Source: Wallemia ichthyophaga EXF-994
Taxonomy: Eukaryota > Fungi > Basidiomycota
Direction of reading: 5' to 3'
NCBI RefSeq assembly: GCF_000400465.1
Contig: NW_008806281.1
Location: forward strand, 270,001 to 302,000
Length of the DNA: 32,000 nucleotides
Shown here piece after piece: positions 1 through 10,000 of the stretch. Positions within the stretch are counted from its first letter, which is position 1. Each line of letters starts with the position of its first letter. Position numbers and translations under genes: made by a program. The notes beneath the pieces are model-generated. The model was not told the origin of the DNA. It did no database searches and saw only the letters and a list, made by a program, of their open reading frames with translations.

Positions 1-1
1 T

Positions 2-52
2 ATGCCTGAGGAGAGCTTTGAGAAGGAGAATGAGAATGAGGATGCGTGGTGA
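2..52 (+). CDS. Possible 3' end of an upstream gene (acidic C-terminal tail ...MPEESFEKENENEDAW*)
   Basis: Open frame from the window edge to TGA at 50-52, followed by AT-rich sequence. It is too short to verify. Confidence 0.3.
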   Translation: MPEESFEKENENEDAW

Positions 53-427
53 GTGTGGTGATCTGTACTGTTGTAATTCTATCGCAATTGATTATTTATA
101 TTCTGTGCAATGATTTACAAGGCTTTAACACTTGAATACACCATAAGTTGTGCTTATCCCTGCGCGATAATCGATATTATGAAATGTGTTAGTTAGCAGG
201 ATTATGATCAATTGATCTCATTTTTAATTTCCAGCTCACTTTTAGCGCGATTTCCTTTTTCGGCGACGGGCCTTACTATAAAGGCCGGACTTGTTTCGTT
301 AATTATTTGTCAAGTCAAAGATCGCTGGACGTTCTAACCTCAATCAACTGGTATTGATTAAGACAGAGTCTCTGGGAGATAAAACCACAGCACAGCACAC
401 ACACAGACACACACATACACACTCACA

Positions 428-1501
428 ATGCACTTCTCACAAGCCATCGCGACAGCACTACTTAGCGCAATGCCGGTCATTGCAGCGCCAGTGCCAACAC
501 CAATGAGTATGTCATCAAAACAAAGCCAGATGGTATCGCCGGACCTGATACGAGCAGCGCAAGCAAGCGAGCCTGTAGCAATAAAGGATGTAAAGTCGCA
601 CGACCTAACGTGTGGCAGGGGAGCGTCGGTGCAGCACCAAGACCACCCTGTCGCTATAGACGCAGGCACGCAGCTGCAGATGCAATGGAGCGACGACTGG
701 AAGCACTCCATCGGACCTATAATGACATACCTCGCTGCGTGCGTCGACAACGACTGTGCTCAGTCCGACGTAACTACACTCGAATGGTTCAAGATCGACC
801 AGAAGGCTGCCGATGCGAGTGGGGCTTGGTGGCAAAGCGAGTTGGATACGCAGCGCATATACGTGCCTATCCCTGCCGCCTTGCGTGAGGGCAATTACAT
901 AGTGCGTCATGAAGTAATCGTGCTCGATCAGGACCCTGTGCTGTTCTTCCCGGCCTGCGCTGCGCTGAATGTGCGCAACCAGAACCAAGTTGAGGTTGAG
1001 GGCGTAGAGACTTACCCATCGTCAAACTTCACGGTGGAAATACCAGGTGCTTACGGTGAAGACGACGAGGGGTTGCAGAGCGTGGATGAGGCCTTTGACG
1101 CTCACAGTTACGTCTTCCCAGGTCCACCCGTCTGGCAGCCAGATGTGGATGGATTGGTAGAGAGCGCATCGAGCGATGGGTTCTACGAGGCGGCTGAAAT
1201 GGATGTAGAGATGGCTGGCGATGCTTATCAGGTGCAGTTTTTAGCGCCAAATATCACATCGAGCGTCGAGTTTGTCAGTAGCACCGCGACTACACTGATG
1301 CCTACGATGACAGTGGAAAGCGTGAGTAGCACGACAAGCAGCACTTCCACGGGTACAGCTACAGCTACACCATCCCCCACTCCTTACCACGCGCAACTAT
1401 CACCGCTCCCAACAGATATAAATCACGGTGAGAGCGGCGGTGAAGCGGAAGATGGGCCATCTTACGATGACGGTAGCTGGAATCCAACAAAGTATGACTA
1501 A
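428..1501 (+). CDS. Secreted AA9 (GH61) LPMO-like protein, degenerate copper site, with acidic and Ser/Thr-rich C-terminal stalk
   Basis: Signal peptide. AA9-like motifs LTCG, WKHSIGPIMTYLAAC, WFKIDQ, GNYIVRHEVI and FFPAC. Intronless 357 aa ORF with TATAAA at ~277. Confidence 0.85.
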   Translation: MHFSQAIATALLSAMPVIAAPVPTPMSMSSKQSQMVSPDLIRAAQASEPVAIKDVKSHDLTCGRGASVQHQDHPVAIDAGTQLQMQWSDDWKHSIGPIMTYLAACVDNDCAQSDVTTLEWFKIDQKAADASGAWWQSELDTQRIYVPIPAALREGNYIVRHEVIVLDQDPVLFFPACAALNVRNQNQVEVEGVETYPSSNFTVEIPGAYGEDDEGLQSVDEAFDAHSYVFPGPPVWQPDVDGLVESASSDGFYEAAEMDVEMAGDAYQVQFLAPNITSSVEFVSSTATTLMPTMTVESVSSTTSSTSTGTATATPSPTPYHAQLSPLPTDINHGESGGEAEDGPSYDDGSWNPTKYD

Positions 1502-1566
1502 ATATCGATAAAATTAAAAGTTTTGTAGATTGATAAATTCAGATTGATTCTTGAAGAATTACGGCC

Positions 1567-2755
1567 ATGTCAATTCCATCCGTGTCACGAGCAGAGATAG
1601 TCCAGTGGATAAATGGGGTACTTGACAGCAATTATACCAAAGTAGAGCAGTGCGGAACCGGTGCGATTTACTGCCAGCTTCTCGATTCAATTTACCGTGC
1701 GTGGTGATGTGTTTGTGGGGAGTAGCGGGTTTAACGGGGATTTACAGAGAATGTGCCACTGGGGAGAGTCAAGTTTAATGCTCGCCAGGTGTGTTAAATG
1801 GGTTGGCAAACACCACAGCACTCACCAACATTCCCAGGAATACGAGTACATAAACAACTTCAAAATTCTGCAAACGGCGTTTAGAGTGAGTGTCTTGCTT
1901 TTCCTGCTTCTCTACTCACACAATTCTCGCCAGTCTAACAAGAGTGAGTTGCTTGTCTTGTCCACTTGACCACACGGTTAACCACAATCCAGTGTGAGTG
2001 AATTCATTTTCCCAGCATTCAACTCACACAGCTCAGAAACAAGGTGAGCTAATTCTTTCTAAAAGCATCCCTCTCACTCCACCCATCCAGCCCATTCCCG
2101 TCACAGCTCTTGTGAAATGCAAAATGCAAGACAACCTCGAATTCTGCCAGTGGTTTAAGAAATTTTGGGACGAGCATTTCCCCGGTGGTGAGTATGACGC
2201 TGTCGGCAGAAGATCAGGTGCTCCCGGCGCTGCTGTGTCTGCCACACCTTCAAGCGGTGGTCCTACACCACGAACCTCCTCCGCAGCCGGCACACGGCGA
2301 CCAGCCAAACTCAGCGGTGGCGGTGTATCCTCAGCCGCTGCCGATGCTCAAATCGAGTCTTTAAACGCGCAGATGGGCGACCTCAAAATAAATTTCGATT
2401 CTCTCGAGAAGGTGGGAGCGAGGTGTGGGAGTGTGACTGTTGCTAATCCACCTTATTGCATTGCAGGAACGTGACTTCTACTTTGCCAAGGTGGGTTGTT
2501 ATGGCTTGTGGGTTACTCACCCGTCTCACTCCATCCAGCTCCGTGATATTGAAATCTTGGTTCAAACTCACCTCGAAAACCCAGAAACTATCGATACACC
2601 TGCCAGTGAGGCCTTCCAACAGATTCAGCAGATACTCTACTCTACAGAGGTGGGTTGAGGTTGTTTTTGAACACGCTCACACTCACTCACACTCACCACT
2701 CCAACAGGAAGGCTTCGAAGTGCCAGAAGGCGAGGAGGAAGACGAAACGTTCTGA
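1567..2755 (+). CDS. BIM1: EB1-family microtubule plus-end binding protein (CH domain + EB1 C-terminal domain), multi-exon
   Basis: Spliced model: [43 protein letters not shown]...[15 protein letters not shown]...[18 protein letters not shown]...[18 protein letters not shown]...EEEDETF. Introns 1697-1747, 1789-1837, 1886-1933, 1944-1992, 1994-2036, 2044-2090, 2412-2466, 2491-2538, 2650-2707. Confidence 0.95.
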
Positions 2756-2897
2756 GATAGGTCTGCATACCAACTACGATAATTCAAAAATCTTTGAAAA
2801 CCACTCTAAACGCTTGTTAATTTGCTTTATTCCATGACTCTAGTTTATTATTTGTGTGTATATATGTGTTTATTACAAATGAAACAATTGCCGCGGG

Positions 2898-4528
2898 CTA
2901 CGTAAACATATCATAGAAATTAAAAGCCAGGCAGAAAAACATAACGCTGAAGCCATAGATTATGAGCAAACGACTACCGATACGCAGCCATCTACGACTA
3001 GGATCAGTATCATTTCTGCTGAGAGCTCTATAAAAGAGACCTGGAAGGATAAATGAGATGGCAGTGGAGCCAGTGCTGCCAACGAAAGCGAGTACTTTGT
3101 CTAATTGGCTAACCATCATAGCGATTGACCAAGTGAAGAACAAAATCAAGACTGTCAAGGTGGAGTGTCTGAGAGGAGAAGAAGGAGGAGGAATTTTAAA
3201 CTCGTCATTTGCGTCCTCACCGTCGCTATCACCAACTTGATCATCACGGTGTTCGTCTCCATCACCCTCCCACTGCTGCCACTCGGGCTTGGTTGTCTTT
3301 GCGCTGCTTATGATCTTGTCGAGACTGTTGCGACAGGGATGGACTTGGAGAGGGTAAGAAGAGAGGACAAGCACGGCGATAGCGAGACGACCGAAAGATA
3401 TCAAGATGGAAGTATCTGCGTGGTGTTTGAAAGTATAAAAACACTCACACCCCACTCACCTGGATACATGGACATAATGTTGCTGTTCACCTTATCGCCG
3501 AATGTGACGTAGCCCAACACACCGATGATTTGGTAGAGACCAGCAGCGATGCTGTTGGAGGTGGTTAGTAAGCATGAGCATGAGCATGATCATCAGCATC
3601 AGCAATTCAACGCACCCTATCGAGATGGCTATTACGGCGCAGGTGCTCCCGTGGCTGTTCGACCGCAGCTCGTTCTTGACAGGGTAGAACTGCAGCAGTG
3701 AGTTTTGTGTTCTATGTTATGTGGTCAGGTAGATGCTACTTACATTCTGCGCGCATGTGAATGCGAATACCTAGAAGCAGTGTGAGTGATTTGCCCCTCA
3801 AAACCCCCAACACCCACCAATACGGGGAATTTAGAAATTGCGGAAGAATCGAATTTCGCCCAAGTGATATTGCCAGGTGGAGGGAGAGGGATAGGGGAGT
3901 GAATAGCGCATAGAACAACGATCATGAGTAGGTAGGTAGCGCTAAATATGGAAATGTACGACGTGTATCTGAGTGAGTTCAAATGTCTCATGTGGGCTAG
4001 AGGCGAGAGGATCACGACGAATAGGGAAATCCAGAAGTGCCTGGAGAGGAGTACGGATGGAGGTTCAAAGTGAGAGGGAGTGAGGTGGTGGTAGAATGAC
4101 GTAACGAGTGGCGGCAGTAGCTGGCCGAGGATTAGTAGGTAGCTGATAGCCACGCCGAAGCATTTCAAGGCGATTGCAATGTCAAAGTAGATGGCAGCGT
4201 TTGGGTAGGTGATGTTGGCTACAGCGTTGAAAGAGCTGCTGCGTTTGCTTCCAAGCTGGGTTGATGACAGGTGTAGCAGGTATAGGCCAAATGAAGAGAG
4301 GAATGAAGAGAGGAGAATGAGAATTACAGCAGGTATCAAGCCGGTGGAAGAGATCACACTAGGCATTGCTAGCATTCCAGTGCCTATGATAGTGTTGGCT
4401 AGGTTAGCAACAGAGCTTGGAATTGAAGCCGTGTGGAGAGCGCGTGGCCGGTGGTTGGATTCTAATAGAGGCTGTTGTGTACTGTGATTACTCCTGGAAA
4501 TCCTTCGGATCTGATTTGAATTGGACAT
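2898..4528 (-). CDS. Vacuolar amino acid transporter, Aa_trans family (AVT5/6/7-like), multi-exon
   Basis: NLANTIIGTGMLAMP, IALKCFGVAISYL, exon VFAFTCAQN, SYPLQVHPCR, VGSTGSTAISFILPG and multiple TM segments. ATG at 4528. Confidence 0.9.
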
Positions 4529-4551
4529 GGTGGTGTATACGATGACGAGTC

Positions 4552-4562
4552 CTTTGGCCACC
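4552..4562 (-). promoter_or_regulatory. PACE/Rpn4-like element (GGTGGCCAAAG) just upstream of RPT3
   Basis: One mismatch from the yeast proteasome control element GGTGGCAAA, 16 bp before a proteasome gene ATG. Use of this motif in basidiomycetes is uncertain. Confidence 0.25.
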
Positions 4563-4578
4563 AACCACCAAGACTAAG

Positions 4579-5851
4579 ATGGAAATAATCTCCAAGCAAG
4601 ATCCAACTTTTACAAACCAGGTCGATGAGATTACCACGCTTAATAAAAATCTCGTGAATTCAAGTGATTTGTACTTGAAATTTCATAGCCTCAATAAGCA
4701 TTTGGAATTCCTTGAGCTCCAGCAGGATTATATAAAGGATGAGCAGAGGCATTTGAAGACTGAATTGATTAGAGCCCAAGAGGAAGTTAAGCGTATTCAA
4801 TCAGTTCCACTCGTCATTGGCCAGTTCTTAGAAGCCATCGATGAAAACACTGGCATCGTTGGATCTACAACTGGCTCAAATTACATTGTTAGAATTCTCT
4901 CCACTCTCGACAGAGAACTTCTCAAACCAAACTCATCCGTCGCCCTTCACCGTCACTCAAACGCACTCGTTGACATTCTCCCTCCAGAAGCTGATAGCTC
5001 CATTTCTCTCCTCAGCGATAACGAGAAACCTACTGAATCTTACATGGACATTGGTGGTATGGATACCCAAAAGCAAGAGATCCGAGAGGCTGTTGAATTG
5101 CCGTTGACTCACTTTGACCTTTACAAGCAAATTGGTATTGATCCTCCACGTGGTGTTCTCCTCTATGGTCCTCCAGGCACTGGTAAAACCATGCTTGTTA
5201 AAGCTGTCGCTCACCACACAACCGCCGCTTTCATTCGTGTAAATGGTTCTGAATTCGTTCAAAAGTACCTCGGTGAAGGTCCTCGTATGGTTAGAGATGT
5301 TTTCAGACTCGCAAGGGAAAATGCTCCTGCTATCATATTTATTGATGAGATTGATGCTATTGCAACAAAGCGTTTCGACGCTCAAACTGGCGCTGATAGG
5401 GAAGTTCAACGTATTCTTTTAGAATTACTCAATCAGATGGATGGTTTCGATCAAGATAGTAATGTTAAAGTGCGTTTTTCATTTTTCTTTCATCTCTACT
5501 AAACAAAGACAGGTAATCATGGCCACTAACCGCGCAGATACTCTCGATCCTGCTCTCTTACGTCCAGGTAGATTGGACAGAAAGATTGAATTCCCTGTGC
5601 CTTCAAGACGTGAAAAGCGTCTAATCTACCAAACAATCACCTCAAACATGAACATTGGAGCTGATGTCGATCTCGAAGACTTTGTGTCTAGACCTGATAG
5701 GATATCGTGTGCTGAGATATCATCCATCTTGCAAGGCAGTGGAATGAATGCAATCAGGAATAACTCTTACGTCGTATTGACGCCGCATATCGAAGAGGCT
5801 TACAGCTCAGTGGTGAAGAAGTCTGACGATACACTAGAGTTCTATAGGTAA
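4579..5851 (+). CDS. RPT3: 26S proteasome AAA-ATPase regulatory subunit 6B
   Basis: [24 protein letters not shown], Walker A GPPGTGKT, Walker [34 protein letters not shown] and C-terminal FYR. One intron at 5470-5512. Confidence 0.97.
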
Positions 5852-6139
5852 AATAAAGATGAATAAAATTTGTGTATTTTTGAATAAATTCTGGCTGAAA
5901 CGTGAATAATTCTTGGTTAGCTGCGCTGGTGAGTAAATTTTAGTGCGTGCAAGTGGCCCGATAAGGAGTAAAATGATGAATTGGATTATTTTTGCACGTC
6001 AGTCTGAAACGCTTGATTGATAAATATCCACCGCTTTAAAATCTGATTTGAATTGAAATCCAATCGATTGGGTCACCAACGCGCACACCGAGTAGAGGCT
6101 GGACATATCTGATCAAATCCTTAAGGTATTTTCTCTTCG

Positions 6140-7011
6140 ATGACCGAAGCCTTTGCTCGGATAGATATAGTCAGGTACCATGACTACGTGATCAAAGTTA
6201 AATCACAATCGATATACCCAGCCACGAAATCAAACATGTCCAAATTATACCTCTGTCATCGCTGTTTCGACTACTTCAGCCAAAGGTCTACATACACGAA
6301 TCATATTTCCACATGTACTCTTGAAACTCCAGGCCATGTCATCTACCATAAGCACAACGAGCGTATCCATAGAATAGACGGCCATTTCTACAAAGACTAC
6401 GTTCAGCGTTTGTGCTTATTCGGCAAGCTCTTTATCGATACCAAGACAGTTTTTTTCGATGTCGAGTACTTTGACTTTTTTCTCCTAACAGAAGCTGGTA
6501 TTCCAGTTGCCTTCTTCTCGCGAGAGAAACGCAATGTCGATAACTTCAACCTTGCTTGCATTATAACTTTCCCCCCTTTCCAAAGTAAGCAGTATGGGAG
6601 ATTGTTGATTGAGTGTAGTGGGTGTGTTTTTGGTGCGTGTGCTCATTGCTAATGCTATGTGCTCCAGGCTATGCTTTGTCCCACCTTGACGGTTACATAG
6701 GTACTCCAGAGCGACCGCTTTCTCAACTCGGTCAGCGCAGTTATCTTAGTTTCTGGCGCGACACTTTAGTGCGATCGCTGCCATTAAATCCCACAAATAC
6801 GATGTGGTCCCTCTCCGAATGGTCTAAGAATACCGGTCTGCGCCAGCAAGATATTGTCTTCACGCTGAAGCACTCCAACCTACTCGCAGATAGGGTGATC
6901 ACCATGACCGACGAAAATGACATGAATCAACAAATTTTGTTCAGAGTTAATGAGCTGCTCGATAAGCCAGCGAGACCGTTCAGATTCGATATAGATTGTT
7001 TGTTAGTGTGA
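6140..7011 (+). CDS. Small MYST-family histone acetyltransferase (SAS2-like, no chromodomain)
   Basis: C2HC finger CHRC-x12-H-x3-C, LCLFGKLFIDTKTVFFDV, NLACI, GTPERPLSQLG. Intron 6618-6667. Confidence 0.88.
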
Positions 7012-7074
7012 TGATGTATGATTGATGTATGATATATGTAACTTGATGTAAATTGATGTAATTAGATAGATATC

Positions 7075-7923
7075 TTACAACTTGTTGTGCTGCTGCTTAG
7101 CGTGATGATTAGAAATGATCTTTGTGTCTATCTCTGTCAAAGCATTCTTGAGATCGTCGTTCGAAGGTTCAAAGTCAAGGCCTAAGAGGATAGCGTCGCG
7201 CGCTTCCTGGAGTTTATCGAGTGCGATGAGAGCCTTACCCTTTCTAAAATGACCTTTAGACCAAGCTTTCTTGATTTCGACGACAGCATTAGCATCCGAG
7301 AGGCTCTTTTCGAAATCGCCCTTATTATGAAAACATAGCGAGCGATTAGACAGCGCTAGTGAGAGCTCCTCGCGAGCCAAAACATGTGATTCCCAAGGCG
7401 GTCTATCAGCAGCAAGATCAACAGCGGCTGAAAAGAGTTGTATCGCGTCGTCCAATTTGCCTTCTTTAAACTTTGCATTACCGTCTTCCTTAGACTTTGT
7501 GAATTGCTGAGAGCGGTGTGGTTTCATGATAGTGGGCGGTGGTGGTACAGCGTATTCTGGGTGTTGTTCGAGTTTGTTTATGAGGTAGTTAATGTCATTG
7601 CACACTGATTGGAGCTTCTCTGATGCGACTGGTGCGTCTGATGCCTTTCCACTTGCGTTTGGTGGATTTGATGCGGCTGAGCTGTCGACATGCACTCTAC
7701 TACCCTTAGCGCGCACTGGCTGCTCAACGAAATCGACTTCAGCAGGACTGATCGGTGGTGGCGGCGGTGCAGACATTTGCTGCTGCTGCTGCTGTTGACG
7801 CATTTTGGCTGCCATTTGCTGAGCAATCTCTGGAGTTATCTGCACACGCTGTCCGGGTGGTGGTGGGCGTGGTGGGCGTGCTCCTGGCCCGGCTGGCCCT
7901 GCTGGTGGCTGTGTCGTTGCCAT
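7075..7923 (-). CDS. SEC72: TPR protein Sec72 (Sec63 translocation complex subunit)
   Basis: VPPPP...RSQQFTKSKEDGNAKF, RPPWE...AREELSLALSNRS, DANAVVEIKKAWSKGHFRKG, matching the fungal Sec72 pattern. Pro/Gln-rich N-terminus. Confidence 0.75.
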   Translation of the reverse strand: MATTQPPAGPAGPGARPPRPPPPGQRVQITPEIAQQMAAKMRQQQQQQQMSAPPPPPISPAEVDFVEQPVRAKGSRVHVDSSAASNPPNASGKASDAPVASEKLQSVCNDINYLINKLEQHPEYAVPPPPTIMKPHRSQQFTKSKEDGNAKFKEGKLDDAIQLFSAAVDLAADRPPWESHVLAREELSLALSNRSLCFHNKGDFEKSLSDANAVVEIKKAWSKGHFRKGKALIALDKLQEARDAILLGLDFEPSNDDLKNALTEIDTKIISNHHAKQQHNKL

Positions 7924-7963
7924 TACTTTAGTGCTCGCTGTTACGTTGTAAGAAGTAACTGCC

Positions 7964-8722
7964 ATGGCATTTCAAGCTACTGCTACGAGAAGGCTGATGA
8001 CGGAGTACAAGCAGCTGTCTACGCAGTCGCTAGATGATTCCATGTTCACCGCTGGCCCTGTAAACGAAGATAATTTGTTCGAATGGGAGGCCTTGATACA
8101 GGGGCCTGATGAGACGCCATTCGTGGGTACTGTGGTAGATTTAGATGATTACTTATACATAATATCTACAGGAAGGTGGTGTATTCGCTGCTAGCCTATC
8201 TTTCGTCGGTTCTCTGCGCCTGCTCATTCGCCAGCTAACATTTAGCAGCCTAAAGACTACCCATTAGCGCCGTTCAAGTGAGTTTGAAGGCTTCTGAAAT
8301 AACCAGCTCATAAAAAAACCACAGGATGAAGTTCACGCCACCCATTTTCCATCCAAATGGTGAGCATGGGTGGATTTCCTCCAATCATACTCACATATCC
8401 AGTTTACGAGGATGGAAACGTATGCATATCCATTCTGCATCCCCCTGGAGACGATCCTTTGATGTATGAGCGCTCTTCTGAGCGTTGGTCGCCGGTGCAG
8501 TCTGTCGAAAAGGTTTGTCTCGGGTAGACACTCTCACATGGCTCACAATCCCCTAAGGTCCTTCTTAGCGTCATAAGTATGCTCGCTGAGCCTAACATTG
8601 AATCACCAGCGAACATAGATTGCGCTAAGCTGTTCCGCGTCGATAGAAGCACTTATGACAACAAAGTCAGACAATCAGTCGTCGATATGTTGGGTATTGA
8701 TCAATCAGACATTACAAGCTAG
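7964..8722 (+). CDS. UBC7: Ubiquitin-conjugating enzyme E2 (Ubc7/UBE2G2 class, ERAD), 5 introns
   Basis: [95 protein letters not shown], including the Ubc7/Cdc34-class acidic insertion. Confidence 0.95.
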
Positions 8723-8787
8723 AGTATTATGTGAATAAAGATCAAGGTTGAAATATATTGGTAGTTTTCGTCTACGTCTGAATTTTT

Positions 8788-9258
8788 TCATTTGTTTGGC
8801 TGGATTGCCAGGTCTAGGGTGTTATAATTAGCTAAATAACGTTGATTAATCTTCCACTCACCCGCAATACCATTCTGGAGCACCTCCGTTGATCCCAATC
8901 CCAGCTTTACCTTGTTTGCATAGCTGATGTGTATCTTTGGCAGGCAGTATACTGGTGGAGGTTTGGTGTCAGAGACCCATCTCAGTGAGACTGTTGAATT
9001 GGTCGTGTTTGTACGCATCGGCGATGATTCAATGTAGGCCCAAAACTCAGTCCTGTCTCTGAGGTGGATCGGCGTCTCGTGTGGTGTTTGCTGTTGCTTT
9101 GTTGCTTCGACTGCTCCTGCTCCTTCAACTGGGTCAACTGCTTCAACTACTTGGACTAATTCAACTTGCTTTGCTTCTTCAACTTCTTCAATTCCTCCTG
9201 CCGCTTCTCCATCGAGGTGAATCATTGAAAGTTTTCCGAGCAGTTTGTCCATTTGCAT
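8788..9258 (-). CDS. Hypothetical protein (156 aa) with Glu/Val/Ala-rich degenerate repeats
   Basis: Uninterrupted ORF filling the gap between UBC7 and DUF2015. No recognisable domain. Confidence 0.5.
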   Translation of the reverse strand: MQMDKLLGKLSMIHLDGEAAGGIEEVEEAKQVELVQVVEAVDPVEGAGAVEATKQQQTPHETPIHLRDRTEFWAYIESSPMRTNTTNSTVSLRWVSDTKPPPVYCLPKIHISYANKVKLGLGSTEVLQNGIAGEWKINQRYLANYNTLDLAIQPNK

Positions 9259-9374
9259 TGCGGTTGGTTTTATACTTGTGATAGCTATACCTTCCCAAAG
9301 TATGCTTTCCGGGAAATATCTCTGACTATGTCATATGTCACGCATCTTCGCGCAGTTACATTCCAAAGTTTCTC

Positions 9375-9829
9375 CTATTTAAATTGTACAAATTTTGGAT
9401 CCCTGGGTAGACCAGATTCATCAATATTATTCTGATTGAGTGTGCGCTCTAGTCTCTTTAATCTCGCTTGATCGAAACTGTGTGGGTGTGTCAGGTGAAT
9501 ATTTTCACTTTTGTCACAAATTACTATACTCACGATATCTTGTTAGTATTCATGAGGTTGTTTATTTCCCTCAACTCCAACTCATTCAAACCTTGTCGTG
9601 TATCGTTGAGGTTGTTTGTGATATTAAAGTTGTCTGAGTTGAAACCAAGTTCAATCTGCTCATCAAAGCTTACGGGTATGTATTCCTTTCTTTTGTATAT
9701 ATATTTGTCTGCAAGGTGTATGAGCGATGATGACGCAATCAGCTCATCAAACGCACAATAGAGGGTTACAAAGACAGCGAGAACGATAACAGCGACCAAG
9801 CCAAGCTTGAAATTCAATCTAAATTCCAT
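9375..9829 (-). CDS. DUF2015 / UPF0357 family small membrane protein (YCL012C-like)
   Basis: N-terminal TM, SFDEQIELGFNSDNFNI..NDTRQGL, and after intron 9478-9533 SFDQARL...NNIDESGLPRDPKFVQF. Confidence 0.8.
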
Positions 9830-9928
9830 TTCGTGATAATTTTACTTCAATTTGAACTTAGTTGTGTTTATTCGAGAGTATCAAACCATTTGAAGGTTAT
9901 AAATGCAAAATTTAGAGTAAAAGTACAA

Positions 9929-9935
9929 TGACTCA
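9929..9935. promoter_or_regulatory. Gcn4/CpcA-type response element TGACTCA upstream of ARG1
   Basis: Perfect TGACTCA (ATGACTCAC) 65 bp before the ARG1 ATG. ARG1 is a classic general amino acid control target in fungi. Confidence 0.55.
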
Positions 9936-10000
9936 CACTCTACTGATAAGAATCATCTAATTTTCACTTGTATTCCCCTCTCTTCCTCACACTCATCACA

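Noticed and set aside
386-426. CA-rich tract before the AA9-like ATG, and similar short simple repeats (3575-3602, 19717-19731)
   Set aside because: These are ordinary UTR or intron low-complexity sequences.
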